Shown here in pieces: positions 27,409-36,396 of a DNA stretch of 64,000 bases; the first letter of the stretch is position 1, and each line of letters starts with the position of its first letter. The notes beneath the pieces were generated by a model. That model was given only the letters and a program-made list of their open reading frames with translations, had not been told where the DNA came from and did no database searches. Source of the DNA: a virus; the UHGV virus genome UHGV-1351772; one strand, written 5' to 3'. The translations under genes and the position numbers were made by a program.

Positions 27409-27894
27409 TTAATCGATTTGGACGTAGTTCGGATAATTGGCTTTTAACCACTCCCACAACTGATATGCAAGTTGACTTTGATCGGCACTGATAAGAGCTA
27501 CTATTTCAAGATAAACGCTTTCATTACTCCAAATCTGGCTATAAAAGCGTCGCCATTCAGGAGCAGTGTAGGGTACTATTACGTCAGGCATGTACCCGTT
27601 GTGCCAGCCATTAACTATCGAACGTAGGGTTTCGATACGGATGTCGTAAAACCGACGTCTGATAGAAGTCCATGTAATAGGCCCTGGCTGATCGAAGAAA
27701 TTGTCCAGATTCATTAGTAATGTCGCACGATATCTCGCAACGATAACGCCAGCTGCCTGTGAAGCTATCCAAACAGCGTCCACTGTTTTTGGAGCTAACA
27801 AGTTACGTATCGACTGTTCCATGCGATCGCAGTGGTTCAGAAACTCATGGACAATGTCGCTATTAGAGAGATTGATAATTGCATTTACGTTCAT
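27409..27894 (-). CDS. Hypothetical protein, 161 aa
   Basis: ORF in array. Confidence 0.55.
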   Translation of the reverse strand: MNVNAIINLSNSDIVHEFLNHCDRMEQSIRNLLAPKTVDAVWIASQAAGVIVARYRATLLMNLDNFFDQPGPITWTSIRRRFYDIRIETLRSIVNGWHNGYMPDVIVPYTAPEWRRFYSQIWSNESVYLEIVALISADQSQLAYQLWEWLKANYPNYVQID

Positions 27895-27895
27895 T

Positions 27896-28420
27896 TTATT
27901 GTCCTAAAATTGGGGAGAGTTTGTCTGCGGTGTTTAACAACGCTTTTGTAATTTCGTGGTTGGTCTCTTTTAGGATGGCGCAACAGAGAGTGGTATAAAC
28001 CTCGATTGCTAACGCGATTTCTTGTTCAGTCAGGCACGGTTCGGTACCGTCAATCCCGTAACGTTGCGCCGCATATTCAATTTCAAGTTTCAAACGTTTT
28101 CGTAGTGCCTCATCGTTAGTTAAACGCGTACACGCCCGATCGAAACGTCTATTGTAAGCCTCGATCTTGTGGACAATTTCGCGTCGCAGTTGGTCGACAT
28201 TTACGTTATCATCAAGAGTGATGGTGACGTTGTCAACTAAACAGTAATGTACTGTGTGTCGTAAGTTGTGTAATGTGGCGACAGTAACGACCCGCTCCTG
28301 ATGGTCGCTAAAGCCATGAGCACCACAGAGCTTGCGTGCAACCGCGCCAGAGATTTTCTCCTCTAACGCTATCGGCGTGGCAATGGTTGTTTTCTTACGA
28401 AGCTGAATTAAAATATCCAC
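27896..28420 (-). CDS. Hypothetical protein, 174 aa
   Basis: GTG 28420 with AAGGAG SD. Confidence 0.55.
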   Translation of the reverse strand: MDILIQLRKKTTIATPIALEEKISGAVARKLCGAHGFSDHQERVVTVATLHNLRHTVHYCLVDNVTITLDDNVNVDQLRREIVHKIEAYNRRFDRACTRLTNDEALRKRLKLEIEYAAQRYGIDGTEPCLTEQEIALAIEVYTTLCCAILKETNHEITKALLNTADKLSPILGQ

Positions 28421-28422
28421 GA

Positions 28423-28965
28423 TTATACTCCTTTAGGTTGACCGTATTTTGATGACAGGTAGATGAGCTCGGCATGGCAGATTTTCTCAACTAACCCGAG
28501 TGTTTCAAGGAAAATATCCCGGATACGGGACATTGTTTCGTTGGTAAGAATATCGCTCCAACACGTTGTGTCTATTATATCCGTCGTTGAAGATTGCCGC
28601 TGCAATATGGCGACATACACTTCGTCGAGGGTATCTGGAGCATTATTCTGTAAGTAATGCGCGGCATGTAGAAAGGCTTTCTCAAGAATCAGGTGAATAT
28701 CCGTATCGGGATCAGTTACCCGCACCAAATGTGGGTATGTCATGGCCGAATGGATTTTTCGCTCTAACTGTTCAATGAGATTATTCACCATCGCTTCTGA
28801 ATCCAGGATAGTAATTTCGACCCCACTGTGTTCTTCAGAAATCTTGTTCTCATGTACTGCTATCGCGTCGTGCAGTTCAAACGCAACGCGGCTACGCATC
28901 CCACTTAACAGTTTGTTTAATTTACCCCGTGACTCGCTGAGTGAGAAATCGATAAGTATTTTCAT
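28423..28965 (-). CDS. Hypothetical protein, 180 aa
   Basis: TAATG overlap with upstream gene. Confidence 0.55.
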   Translation of the reverse strand: MKILIDFSLSESRGKLNKLLSGMRSRVAFELHDAIAVHENKISEEHSGVEITILDSEAMVNNLIEQLERKIHSAMTYPHLVRVTDPDTDIHLILEKAFLHAAHYLQNNAPDTLDEVYVAILQRQSSTTDIIDTTCWSDILTNETMSRIRDIFLETLGLVEKICHAELIYLSSKYGQPKGV

Positions 28966-29708
28966 TATGCATATTCCTGATAAATTGCCCGACCCCGATC
29001 TTCTCGAATCTGGCAGTAAGTTACAACAGCACCATTAGGGATTTGTGCTCCGCTGTCTTCAAGGTAAATAACGCCCGTAGCTTCACAGAGATAAAACGAC
29101 CACAATCGTGAGATACCAAGCCGTGCGTTCTCGTAGTCACTGAATGGCCAGAAACCACAGTGAAGCTCAACATAGTCTCCACGTTCTATCCCGTAAGCAA
29201 TCAATTCTTTTTCCCACAACGTACATTCGGCGTCGTAAATCGAAAACCAGAAACCAACGAGGTTCTTTGTTTGTTTAACGTTGAGCAAGTCGTTATAAAT
29301 GGGGAAGAGTGCTTTATTGAAACTTTCTAACATCTCTGGAGAGAATAGAAAATTCATGTAGTATTCTAGCCATTGATAAACGGCCTCCCAGACATCTTCA
29401 GAAGAGAAATGTTCGAATACAGCGTCATCGCAATCGTAGTTATCGAAGATCCCTGAGAGATCTATTTCGACTACGCCGCGAAGGTCAAAGTTTCGGTTGG
29501 TATTGACAGCCTCGATAACTTCGGAGATGAGACGAGTAAAGACGATTGTGCAAGCCGTCTGTGCGGTATAAAAGAATTCTCCTTGTACGGTTGACCACTT
29601 CGGGTCCTTCAAGTGTTCATTGAAGTATTGTGGCCAAATTTTATAAAAGATTCCCTCGAACAACGAGGGATTGATACGTTGTAATTGAGGGACATAAACT
29701 TTTAGCAT
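28965..29708 (-). CDS. Hypothetical protein, 247 aa
   Basis: ATG 29708 with GGAG SD; GATAATATCT element 29-38 nt upstream. Confidence 0.55.
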   Translation of the reverse strand: MLKVYVPQLQRINPSLFEGIFYKIWPQYFNEHLKDPKWSTVQGEFFYTAQTACTIVFTRLISEVIEAVNTNRNFDLRGVVEIDLSGIFDNYDCDDAVFEHFSSEDVWEAVYQWLEYYMNFLFSPEMLESFNKALFPIYNDLLNVKQTKNLVGFWFSIYDAECTLWEKELIAYGIERGDYVELHCGFWPFSDYENARLGISRLWSFYLCEATGVIYLEDSGAQIPNGAVVTYCQIREDRGRAIYQEYA

Positions 29709-29736
29709 TTTAATAACTCCAATGGTGTTACACCTG

Positions 29737-29746
29737 GATAATATCT
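29737..29746. promoter_or_regulatory. GATAATATCT element (candidate promoter -10 region for gene starting at 29708)
   Basis: Exact 10-mer; same spacing to the minus-strand ATG as at 20621. Confidence 0.35.
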
Positions 29747-30413
29747 ATCTAAGAATATTTTTAGCGAAAAAAGGATCGACTGTAAACTCCCTCACCTGTG
29801 AGTCATAACCCGAATGTATCTGATCGCTACTGAGCAAATACCCGTCTAAATCGTGTGGAAGAATCCAAGAATCGCCTTGTTTAAAAATACCATAATCTGT
29901 TGTTCCAGAGGAAAAAACGATTTCCTCTGGAGACGAATAGATGTGGCGTAAGGCAAGATCTGACGGCTTTAACACGATTAATCGAACGGGATGTTGACTG
30001 ACTGCCTCTTTAATAAACTGTTCACGATTAAACCAAATTATTTTTTCGGGGTAAGTTTCGAATTCAGCCCATGTCCGCGTGATAACTAATTTGGAAATCT
30101 TTCTCAATTCTTCAGAATGCTCTGCGTAGCCGATACACTCCTTGCGCACTTCATGATTTTCTACCGATGCTGTGAATTTTTGGAATAGGTGTTGTTGGAA
30201 AAAGCCGTTCTCCGGGATATCACAACCCGCGTTGTATAGTGCAATGATCTCCCACAACAACGAAAGAGAAAACACAAATGCTAACTTTTCCACAACTTCC
30301 CAATCTTCGGAGTAAGGGGCTTTAAAGCCCCAATACTGCCGTGCGTTATACATAAAGTGAGTTTGTAAAAACCGAGGGGCTTTTGACAAGACCTCACTAT
30401 AAACGATCAGCAT
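29745..30413 (-). CDS. Hypothetical protein, 222 aa
   Basis: ORF in array; 7-nt overlap with upstream gene. Confidence 0.55.
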   Translation of the reverse strand: MLIVYSEVLSKAPRFLQTHFMYNARQYWGFKAPYSEDWEVVEKLAFVFSLSLLWEIIALYNAGCDIPENGFFQQHLFQKFTASVENHEVRKECIGYAEHSEELRKISKLVITRTWAEFETYPEKIIWFNREQFIKEAVSQHPVRLIVLKPSDLALRHIYSSPEEIVFSSGTTDYGIFKQGDSWILPHDLDGYLLSSDQIHSGYDSQVREFTVDPFFAKNILR

Positions 30414-31927
30414 TCAAGCTCCTTATCCGTCAATATTCGTTTGTTTGAATAATAGCCGCACCACAACCCATGATATTTTTCCCCAATATAAACCAACGCG
30501 TACTCGATATACTGCCGTTCTGGACGCCGTACCGCCACGTAGAATCGTCCTTCTGGTTCTTTCATACGGTTGATTTCCGTACGCGTCGGTATGTCGATAC
30601 CACGAGTAAGGATAGTTTTAACCTTGTTTTTACTACCAGGGATATGGATGGTTACGTCAAAACCTTTATCTACGTTACGATAAAAATCTTTCTTCGGCTT
30701 ACCTTTCTCATCGTAAAGCAGGTCAGTAATGTCGTTCATCACGACTGAGTTTTTCCCTTCCATGGCATCGCGTAACCAACCTGCAAGCTCATCACGAATC
30801 GTAATGCAGCGATAAGACAATAACGCGGGACGAAGAATTCGTGTAATCGAAAGATCTTCAAACATCCATAGGTTTTTGTCTTCGCTAAAATGCATCCGAT
30901 CGACAGGAATACCGTTACCTGCGGCTTCTGCGAACTTCTTACGTTTTACGAATAAGTTAAAAACAACGGCGATGGGATCAAACTGACGTAAACGGGGCAC
31001 CCCTTCCCACGCTTTCGCAGAGTGGGTATTTACCAACTCGTATACGTTGTTCCATGGTTCTTTGGTAAACATTACGCAGAATTGCGCGTCTGGAATGTAC
31101 TTACCAACGAAGACGATATCGTCCTTCTGTTTTGCATGGTTCCCACCGAACATGTAATAAAGTTTATTACCGTTAACTGTAACAGTGGGATGCGGTTCGT
31201 TCACCATCGGGTAACAGAACTTCGTAACACAGATATCGGGAAAAGCAGACAAATTGACGCCTTCACCAACAACTTCTGGTTGCTGATCTTCCTCAGGCAT
31301 CTCGTCTTTTGACCAATACGGTGTATAGTCTAGCCCATCGCCTCGTGCCGAGATACTTGAACCCTTCCGTGCTAACTCGTCGGCACGCTCGTTTCCATAA
31401 CGTCCTGAATGCCCTTTAATTTTAAGGACACGAACACCTTTCCCTTCTTTCTTTAACCGCTGTTTAACCTCCCACATCCGTTGGATTAATTCCAAGTTCG
31501 CAATGGGCGTACCGTCTGCGCGACGCCAACCGCGTGCAGCCCAACCATCAATCCAATCGTTATACGTGTTGACAACGTAAGATGCGTCGATATAGATAAC
31601 ATAGTTTTTAGCAACGAAAGGTGCATGTTCGAAAACGGTCAGGAAAGCCACGAGTTCTGCAACGTCGGAGTGTGACATTTTTGGTACAGGCACAACACCG
31701 TCAATAAACTCCACAGCTTCTGGTAAAGATGGAAGTTTTTCATCCTTGTTTATCTGGCGGTATCCTGACGTCGTAATCCCCTCGGGAATAGAGGGATGGC
31801 GGTAAACCCGACCATCCTCAATCGTTTCACGATTAAATAAGTATCCATGAATCCCCGCTCCTGTACCGAGCGGGGAGGTCAAATGGCTACCATCCGTGTA
31901 AATTACTGCAACATCAACGTTCTTCAT
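30407..31927 (-). CDS. RNase HI domain fused to a ~310-aa C-terminal domain of unknown function
   Basis: 506 aa; N-terminal VAVIYTDGSHL..GTGAGIHGY, SDVAELVAF, IDASYVVNTYNDWIDGWAARGWRRADGTPIANLELIQR, KGHSGRYGNERADELARKG match the RNase HI DEDD plus His catalytic set and surrounding motifs. Confidence 0.85.
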   Translation of the reverse strand: MKNVDVAVIYTDGSHLTSPLGTGAGIHGYLFNRETIEDGRVYRHPSIPEGITTSGYRQINKDEKLPSLPEAVEFIDGVVPVPKMSHSDVAELVAFLTVFEHAPFVAKNYVIYIDASYVVNTYNDWIDGWAARGWRRADGTPIANLELIQRMWEVKQRLKKEGKGVRVLKIKGHSGRYGNERADELARKGSSISARGDGLDYTPYWSKDEMPEEDQQPEVVGEGVNLSAFPDICVTKFCYPMVNEPHPTVTVNGNKLYYMFGGNHAKQKDDIVFVGKYIPDAQFCVMFTKEPWNNVYELVNTHSAKAWEGVPRLRQFDPIAVVFNLFVKRKKFAEAAGNGIPVDRMHFSEDKNLWMFEDLSITRILRPALLSYRCITIRDELAGWLRDAMEGKNSVVMNDITDLLYDEKGKPKKDFYRNVDKGFDVTIHIPGSKNKVKTILTRGIDIPTRTEINRMKEPEGRFYVAVRRPERQYIEYALVYIGEKYHGLWCGYYSNKRILTDKELEC

Positions 31928-31929
31928 TC

Positions 31930-32664
31930 TTAATCCCTGGTTAATTGATCACGAATCTGCGGCGCAACATACTCGCCCGTTTTCAGTTCTTCGTGACAGG
32001 CTTTGGCGCGTTCAAACCCGTATTGGCGAGTGACCAAAGCGAGGTGATAAATACGTGCCGTGGTGTAGGCTTCTTTTGCTGCATCCCACATAGCGTGGTG
32101 CTCAAAAGCGGGCTTACCGCGTGTCCAGTAAATTTGCTCTACGGTTAGGTCAGGCTCGAAACCAAATGCAAAGGCTAAACGTTCTGCGGTACGATCGCTA
32201 TCCAGTGCACTGAATTTACGGAACTTCCCTGGCGGAATATCACATTGTGCGAACGCGTTCATGAAAATAGGTGCATCGAAGTCAGGACCACGCATGGTAA
32301 TAACAAACTCATGTTTTGCGGTGATCTCCCCGAGCCATTTTTGCATCGCCCACAGCGCGTCTGGCAATGCTGTCGTCCCACCCCATGCTTCCGCATAGGC
32401 TTCACGAGACGGTGCGTATTCGGGTTCGCCTTTACCTTCCCACCAACCAACGGTTTGTGGGTCTTCGTGGAAAATGGCTTTTGCTTTAGGATCGTTAGGA
32501 TCGATCCTGATGTATGAGGAACCGACCATTTTCAATGTAGGGACGTCAAAAGCCACTAAACCTGCACTTAACAGATAAGCATCGGGACGTAATGATTTGG
32601 TTTCAGCATCAGCGCCAATAACCAGCGTCGGTGTGTACGGGGTGACAATTTTTGGGTAGGTCAT
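31930..32664 (-). CDS. Putative DnaQ-like (DEDDh) 3'-5' exonuclease
   Basis: 244 aa; LVIGADAETKSL (Exo I-like D-x-E) and HHAMWDAAKEAYTTARIYH (Exo III-like H..DA); AGGAG SD. Confidence 0.5.
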   Translation of the reverse strand: MTYPKIVTPYTPTLVIGADAETKSLRPDAYLLSAGLVAFDVPTLKMVGSSYIRIDPNDPKAKAIFHEDPQTVGWWEGKGEPEYAPSREAYAEAWGGTTALPDALWAMQKWLGEITAKHEFVITMRGPDFDAPIFMNAFAQCDIPPGKFRKFSALDSDRTAERLAFAFGFEPDLTVEQIYWTRGKPAFEHHAMWDAAKEAYTTARIYHLALVTRQYGFERAKACHEELKTGEYVAPQIRDQLTRD

Positions 32665-32702
32665 GTTGAATTCTCCTGTTAGTCTACATTAAAATAGTTG
32701 CA

Positions 32703-32750
32703 AACGTTAAAAAGAAAGACCCTCCTGTACCACGAAAGGGTACAGGAGGG
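32703..32750 (-). terminator. Rho-independent terminator (minus strand)
   Basis: CCCTCCTGTACC-loop-GGTACAGGAGGG hairpin followed on minus strand by UCUUUCUUUUU. Confidence 0.65.
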
Positions 32751-32754
32751 GGTG

Positions 32755-33210
32755 TCAGTACAAACACGATGTCAAGTATTGGTTGTACGAATCGAGTAGT
32801 GTCTGACGGTCGGAGCGGTAATTCCACAACAAATTATTGAGTTTACGCGATAGGTCACGGCTAATCTCCTGGGGCGTTAAAGAGCTTTCGTCAAGAGATA
32901 AGCGTTCAGGTACAACATGTAACTTCGGTAACTCATAACGCTCACAAAGTGGAGCCAGCATTGGTGGGCTCCAGCCACGTTTAACGGCTTGTTGGTTTAA
33001 ATTTCGGGTGTAGACATAAACGTAGTAAGCATAGGTGTTGACATCCGCAACATACTCACGCATTGCGTTATTGTCAATTTTCCAATTCACCATTATTGGT
33101 GGTGTAGGAGGAAGTTCCAGTGGCCTATAAGCTGGACGTTTAACTTCGTCGCCGTAGCTATTACTCACCAACCCCACGAACACCATCATGATGAATAACA
33201 GCATTTTCAT
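32755..33210 (-). CDS. Secreted proline-rich protein (signal peptide, no lipobox)
   Basis: Start at ATG 33210 (AAGGAG SD): MKMLLFIMMVFVGLVSNSYG then PAYRPLELPPTPP. Confidence 0.6.
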   Translation of the reverse strand: MKMLLFIMMVFVGLVSNSYGDEVKRPAYRPLELPPTPPIMVNWKIDNNAMREYVADVNTYAYYVYVYTRNLNQQAVKRGWSPPMLAPLCERYELPKLHVVPERLSLDESSLTPQEISRDLSRKLNNLLWNYRSDRQTLLDSYNQYLTSCLY

Positions 33211-33213
33211 CAA

Positions 33214-33717
33214 TCACTCCTTAGAAGACGTTAACGTCTTTATGATCTCCTGTCGAAAACTGTTCGCATTTAAATTGCCAACAGGTCTCGCCGAAGCCTC
33301 TTTACGTTGTTCTGGTGTTGAAGCTGGATTAACAGGAGTTTCTGGTTTTGTCGAAGACAGATCCTTCGCCGTACCGCTCGCTTTCGATGAATTAAACGTG
33401 CTTTCATATGGCGGTTTCTGGCCGAGGCAAACGAAGAGCCTGTCGTATAACTTCCCATTATCTTCTTTTAGTTTATCTCGATCTTGTTTCATCTCTTGGT
33501 AAGACTGCGACATATACGTGTCATGAGACTGCACTGCAACGAGCGCGTGAAACTGTTGTACATAGGCGTAGGAGACGAAGCCAGAATACGACAACAAGAT
33601 CGTGATGATTAAAGTCATTATCTTGCTTGCTCTTGATACGTTTTCTCCTTCTCCTGGTTTAAATGCTTCCATTAACATCTGAAGGAAGAACGGAAGCACT
33701 TTAAAAAATGAACCCAT
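33214..33717 (-). CDS. Membrane protein with N-terminal TM helix and periplasmic coiled-coil-like domain (i-spanin-like architecture)
   Basis: 167 aa; TM IMTLIITILLSYSGFVSYAYV; then QEMKQDRDKLKEDNGKLYDRL; GAGGTGA SD. Confidence 0.55.
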   Translation of the reverse strand: MGSFFKVLPFFLQMLMEAFKPGEGENVSRASKIMTLIITILLSYSGFVSYAYVQQFHALVAVQSHDTYMSQSYQEMKQDRDKLKEDNGKLYDRLFVCLGQKPPYESTFNSSKASGTAKDLSSTKPETPVNPASTPEQRKEASARPVGNLNANSFRQEIIKTLTSSKE

Positions 33718-33742
33718 TGCTCACCTCGGAGTATTTTTAATT

Positions 33743-35116
33743 ATGTTAGACTTACAAGGTTTTATTCAGATACCGGCACTGTTTGACAATCAGGACGGCG
33801 TCACCGCTCCGGTGGGCGAGCTGTCGGATTTGACACTCTCGTACGCGAAGAGTAAACAGACGTTTACTAAAACCAATTTGCAAGTTCAATTGGTGACTTT
33901 TACGTCTAAACGAGAAAAACAGACGGTTGTTGTACCAGCCGAATTTTCTGATCATATTCTAACCGTTTCTCAATGGATTTACCAGCAAGCCATCTTGGGG
34001 AATCTGAGAAATGACGAACTCGAATTCCAGCGCCTGTTATTAGGCCAATTCCAATCAACCATTTCTGGTGTTCAGTCTGGTGCGATGATACAGACGAACA
34101 GTAACTGGTTCCCACGTTGGGTGAGCTGGAAATATGAAGTAACGGCAGATCAAGTACAAGATGACACTGATGTAGATAATCAGATCATTGTTTGGTTCTC
34201 GGATGAAGACTTCGATCAAGATTACACAGGGTTCGAAATCGAAGTACAGATGCCGATTTCGCCAATCGACACATTTTTGTCGACCAAGTCAGTCGTTGAA
34301 AAGGCGATGGAAGGGTTTAACCTTACCGAACACCATAAGAAAATCAATGAGTTAATGGCAGGGTTTCCTTATACCGCCATCCAAACCAACTACTATACTT
34401 GGCACGATCAAGAAAACTACGAGTCTACCCTAGTTGTCCCAATGTCGGTTATTATCTACGGACGTGCGGGAAAAAACCCAACGAAAATAAAGCAAGCGTT
34501 GCGAGAACATATTCTCGCTAATTCTAGCTTTACTGTCCCTATCGGGGTAAAAGTATTTCCCGAAATTTTCACTACCACGAAATTTACAATTGTCCCTGGA
34601 TGGAAAATTCGTGGGATACCCAATGAGGAAGATGTGGCGGCGCTTTATTCCCCCATCCTTCCATATGATTTCTGGGTCAAAGCTATCAGTCGGTTTGGAG
34701 AATGGGCAGACCAGACGGTAGCAGAAAGAAATACTAAAACGATCAGTAAACCTACAACAGACGTAACTGACTTACCAACAGTTTATAAATCATTAAACTG
34801 TGTTGTAATCAGTGGGCCGGAAAACGATACACGGAAAGCGACCTTACACGAAACTATCCCGGATTATGCGTTAATTGCGACGACTAACCCTGATATTGCG
34901 CGTATGTCGAAAACAACGACCGAATGGTTGGCGTTATTCTTCCAGGCACTTATTGCTGCGGAAGAATACCACCCGTATCAAACCAGCTTAGATGTTGTAA
35001 AACTGGTCGATGAGGCTGACCCTGATAACTACTTCTGGGTGTTTGAATACGACAACGTAGAATATCGTATCCTGTCTCGGAAAGCGAAATGGTACACCGA
35101 GTTAGACGAGGAGTAA
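33743..35116 (+). CDS. Hypothetical protein, 457 aa
   Basis: Plus-strand ORF starting 25 nt from divergent minus gene; no recognised motif. Confidence 0.6.
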   Translation: MLDLQGFIQIPALFDNQDGVTAPVGELSDLTLSYAKSKQTFTKTNLQVQLVTFTSKREKQTVVVPAEFSDHILTVSQWIYQQAILGNLRNDELEFQRLLLGQFQSTISGVQSGAMIQTNSNWFPRWVSWKYEVTADQVQDDTDVDNQIIVWFSDEDFDQDYTGFEIEVQMPISPIDTFLSTKSVVEKAMEGFNLTEHHKKINELMAGFPYTAIQTNYYTWHDQENYESTLVVPMSVIIYGRAGKNPTKIKQALREHILANSSFTVPIGVKVFPEIFTTTKFTIVPGWKIRGIPNEEDVAALYSPILPYDFWVKAISRFGEWADQTVAERNTKTISKPTTDVTDLPTVYKSLNCVVISGPENDTRKATLHETIPDYALIATTNPDIARMSKTTTEWLALFFQALIAAEEYHPYQTSLDVVKLVDEADPDNYFWVFEYDNVEYRILSRKAKWYTELDEE

Positions 35117-35119
35117 TGA

Positions 35120-35644
35120 ATGGCTACGCGTTTACCACTCCAGGTACCAGTCAACACCACGGGACTGTTTAAAGTAAAAACACCATTTACTTTGGCCGAG
35201 ACCGTCATTTATACGGTAGAAGCGTCACGTACCTTCCCAGATTTAGTACGTCAGAATATTGACGTTTATAACTCGTATTACCAGCCAGTAGGGCTAGGAC
35301 GTGAAGAATATTTAGCAGATGCGAATGTTAGTGCGTCGATTCTGACATTTAAATCTCGGGACGGTCAAGTTGTATACATACCTGACACCTACCTGGAATC
35401 ATACCCAGGTTTATCCGGGATCACGTATCAACGAAATGTGTTAGTGGTAGATTTGGCACTGGTACCGGATTACGTGAAAGTGTCGTCTATAACAAAAGAC
35501 GTTTCAGATATTCTCACGCATACACTAGGGATTGAGCCGAAAGTTGAAATTACAACGCTCGAGTATGAGGGGAAGGTAACGGAGGAACAACACTTGCAGA
35601 TGGAAGCGGCACGAAAAATAAAATTCGTGAATCTATTCCATTAG
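35120..35644 (+). CDS. Hypothetical protein, 174 aa
   Basis: Starts 4 nt after previous stop. Confidence 0.6.
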   Translation: MATRLPLQVPVNTTGLFKVKTPFTLAETVIYTVEASRTFPDLVRQNIDVYNSYYQPVGLGREEYLADANVSASILTFKSRDGQVVYIPDTYLESYPGLSGITYQRNVLVVDLALVPDYVKVSSITKDVSDILTHTLGIEPKVEITTLEYEGKVTEEQHLQMEAARKIKFVNLFH

Positions 35645-35748
35645 GTGAGAAAGTTGCTGCGTTGACAGAAGAGAACAAAAATTAAAAGAGTTAAACAACC
35701 AAATGTTAGAGATTCTTAAAGCTAACGGGTTAGTTAACTAAAAAAGAT

Positions 35749-35780
35749 TACCCTACTCCTTCGGGAGTAGGGTAGCTTTT
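35749..35780. terminator. Bidirectional terminator, CCCTACTCC-stem family
   Basis: TACCCTACTCC-TTCG-GGAGTAGGGTA followed by GCTTTTATTTT; A-run upstream gives a U-run on the minus strand. Confidence 0.75.
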
Positions 35781-35783
35781 ATT

Positions 35784-36335
35784 TTAAATGTCAACTTCTA
35801 GTTTACGGTAATCGATGACGCCTTGAGCAATCATAGCAGCAACATCGTTCCAGGTACGAAAAATGAAGTAAACTGTGTCTCCGTTTAAAAAGATGTTAGA
35901 TTCTTTATCCGGAAAATCGTCTTCGCTGAGGTAGTAGTAGGGTTTGTCGAAAGGGAAGTCGCGCTCATCAGAGGAACCAAGTACCGCATAACGATTGCCA
36001 CAATCAAAAAGAATCTTCCAACCAGACATTTCACTATTAGCGTCAATACGATCGTCGATTTCAACGGTAATAGGAGAACGATCAAGAAAGCTGATTGTAA
36101 CCTCCCCGTTATGCTGTCGTTTAAATCGACGAATATCCGTAGGCACAATTTCAGATGCTGCTATAAGGGAATAAAGTTGTGTTACGGTGATCTTTTTGTA
36201 AACACTATCGCCATCCCACAAACGATCAAATAAGAAATTAGCCAGGAAATTTATATCCTTTAAACGTGAACGGAAAACAGAACCACGACGAATACCGTAA
36301 GCCAGATGAGTTAAATATTCAGACGATGGAAACAT
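35784..36335 (-). CDS. Hypothetical protein, 183 aa (paralog of 36397-37329)
   Basis: MFPSSEYLTHLAYGIRRG vs MTFPSEVIYELANTLRRR; LNGDTVYFIFRTW vs LNGGVVYFILSNW; AGGAG SD. Confidence 0.6.
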   Translation of the reverse strand: MFPSSEYLTHLAYGIRRGSVFRSRLKDINFLANFLFDRLWDGDSVYKKITVTQLYSLIAASEIVPTDIRRFKRQHNGEVTISFLDRSPITVEIDDRIDANSEMSGWKILFDCGNRYAVLGSSDERDFPFDKPYYYLSEDDFPDKESNIFLNGDTVYFIFRTWNDVAAMIAQGVIDYRKLEVDI

Positions 36336-36362
36336 TTTAATACTCCTAAGGTGGAAAAAGAA

Positions 36363-36392
36363 TTAACCCTACTCCCGGAGGAGTAGGGGATT
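36363..36392 (-). terminator. Rho-independent terminator, CCCTACTCC-stem family
   Basis: CCCTACTCC-CGGA-GGAGTAGGG, U-run on minus strand. Confidence 0.7.
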
Positions 36393-36396
36393 TAAA

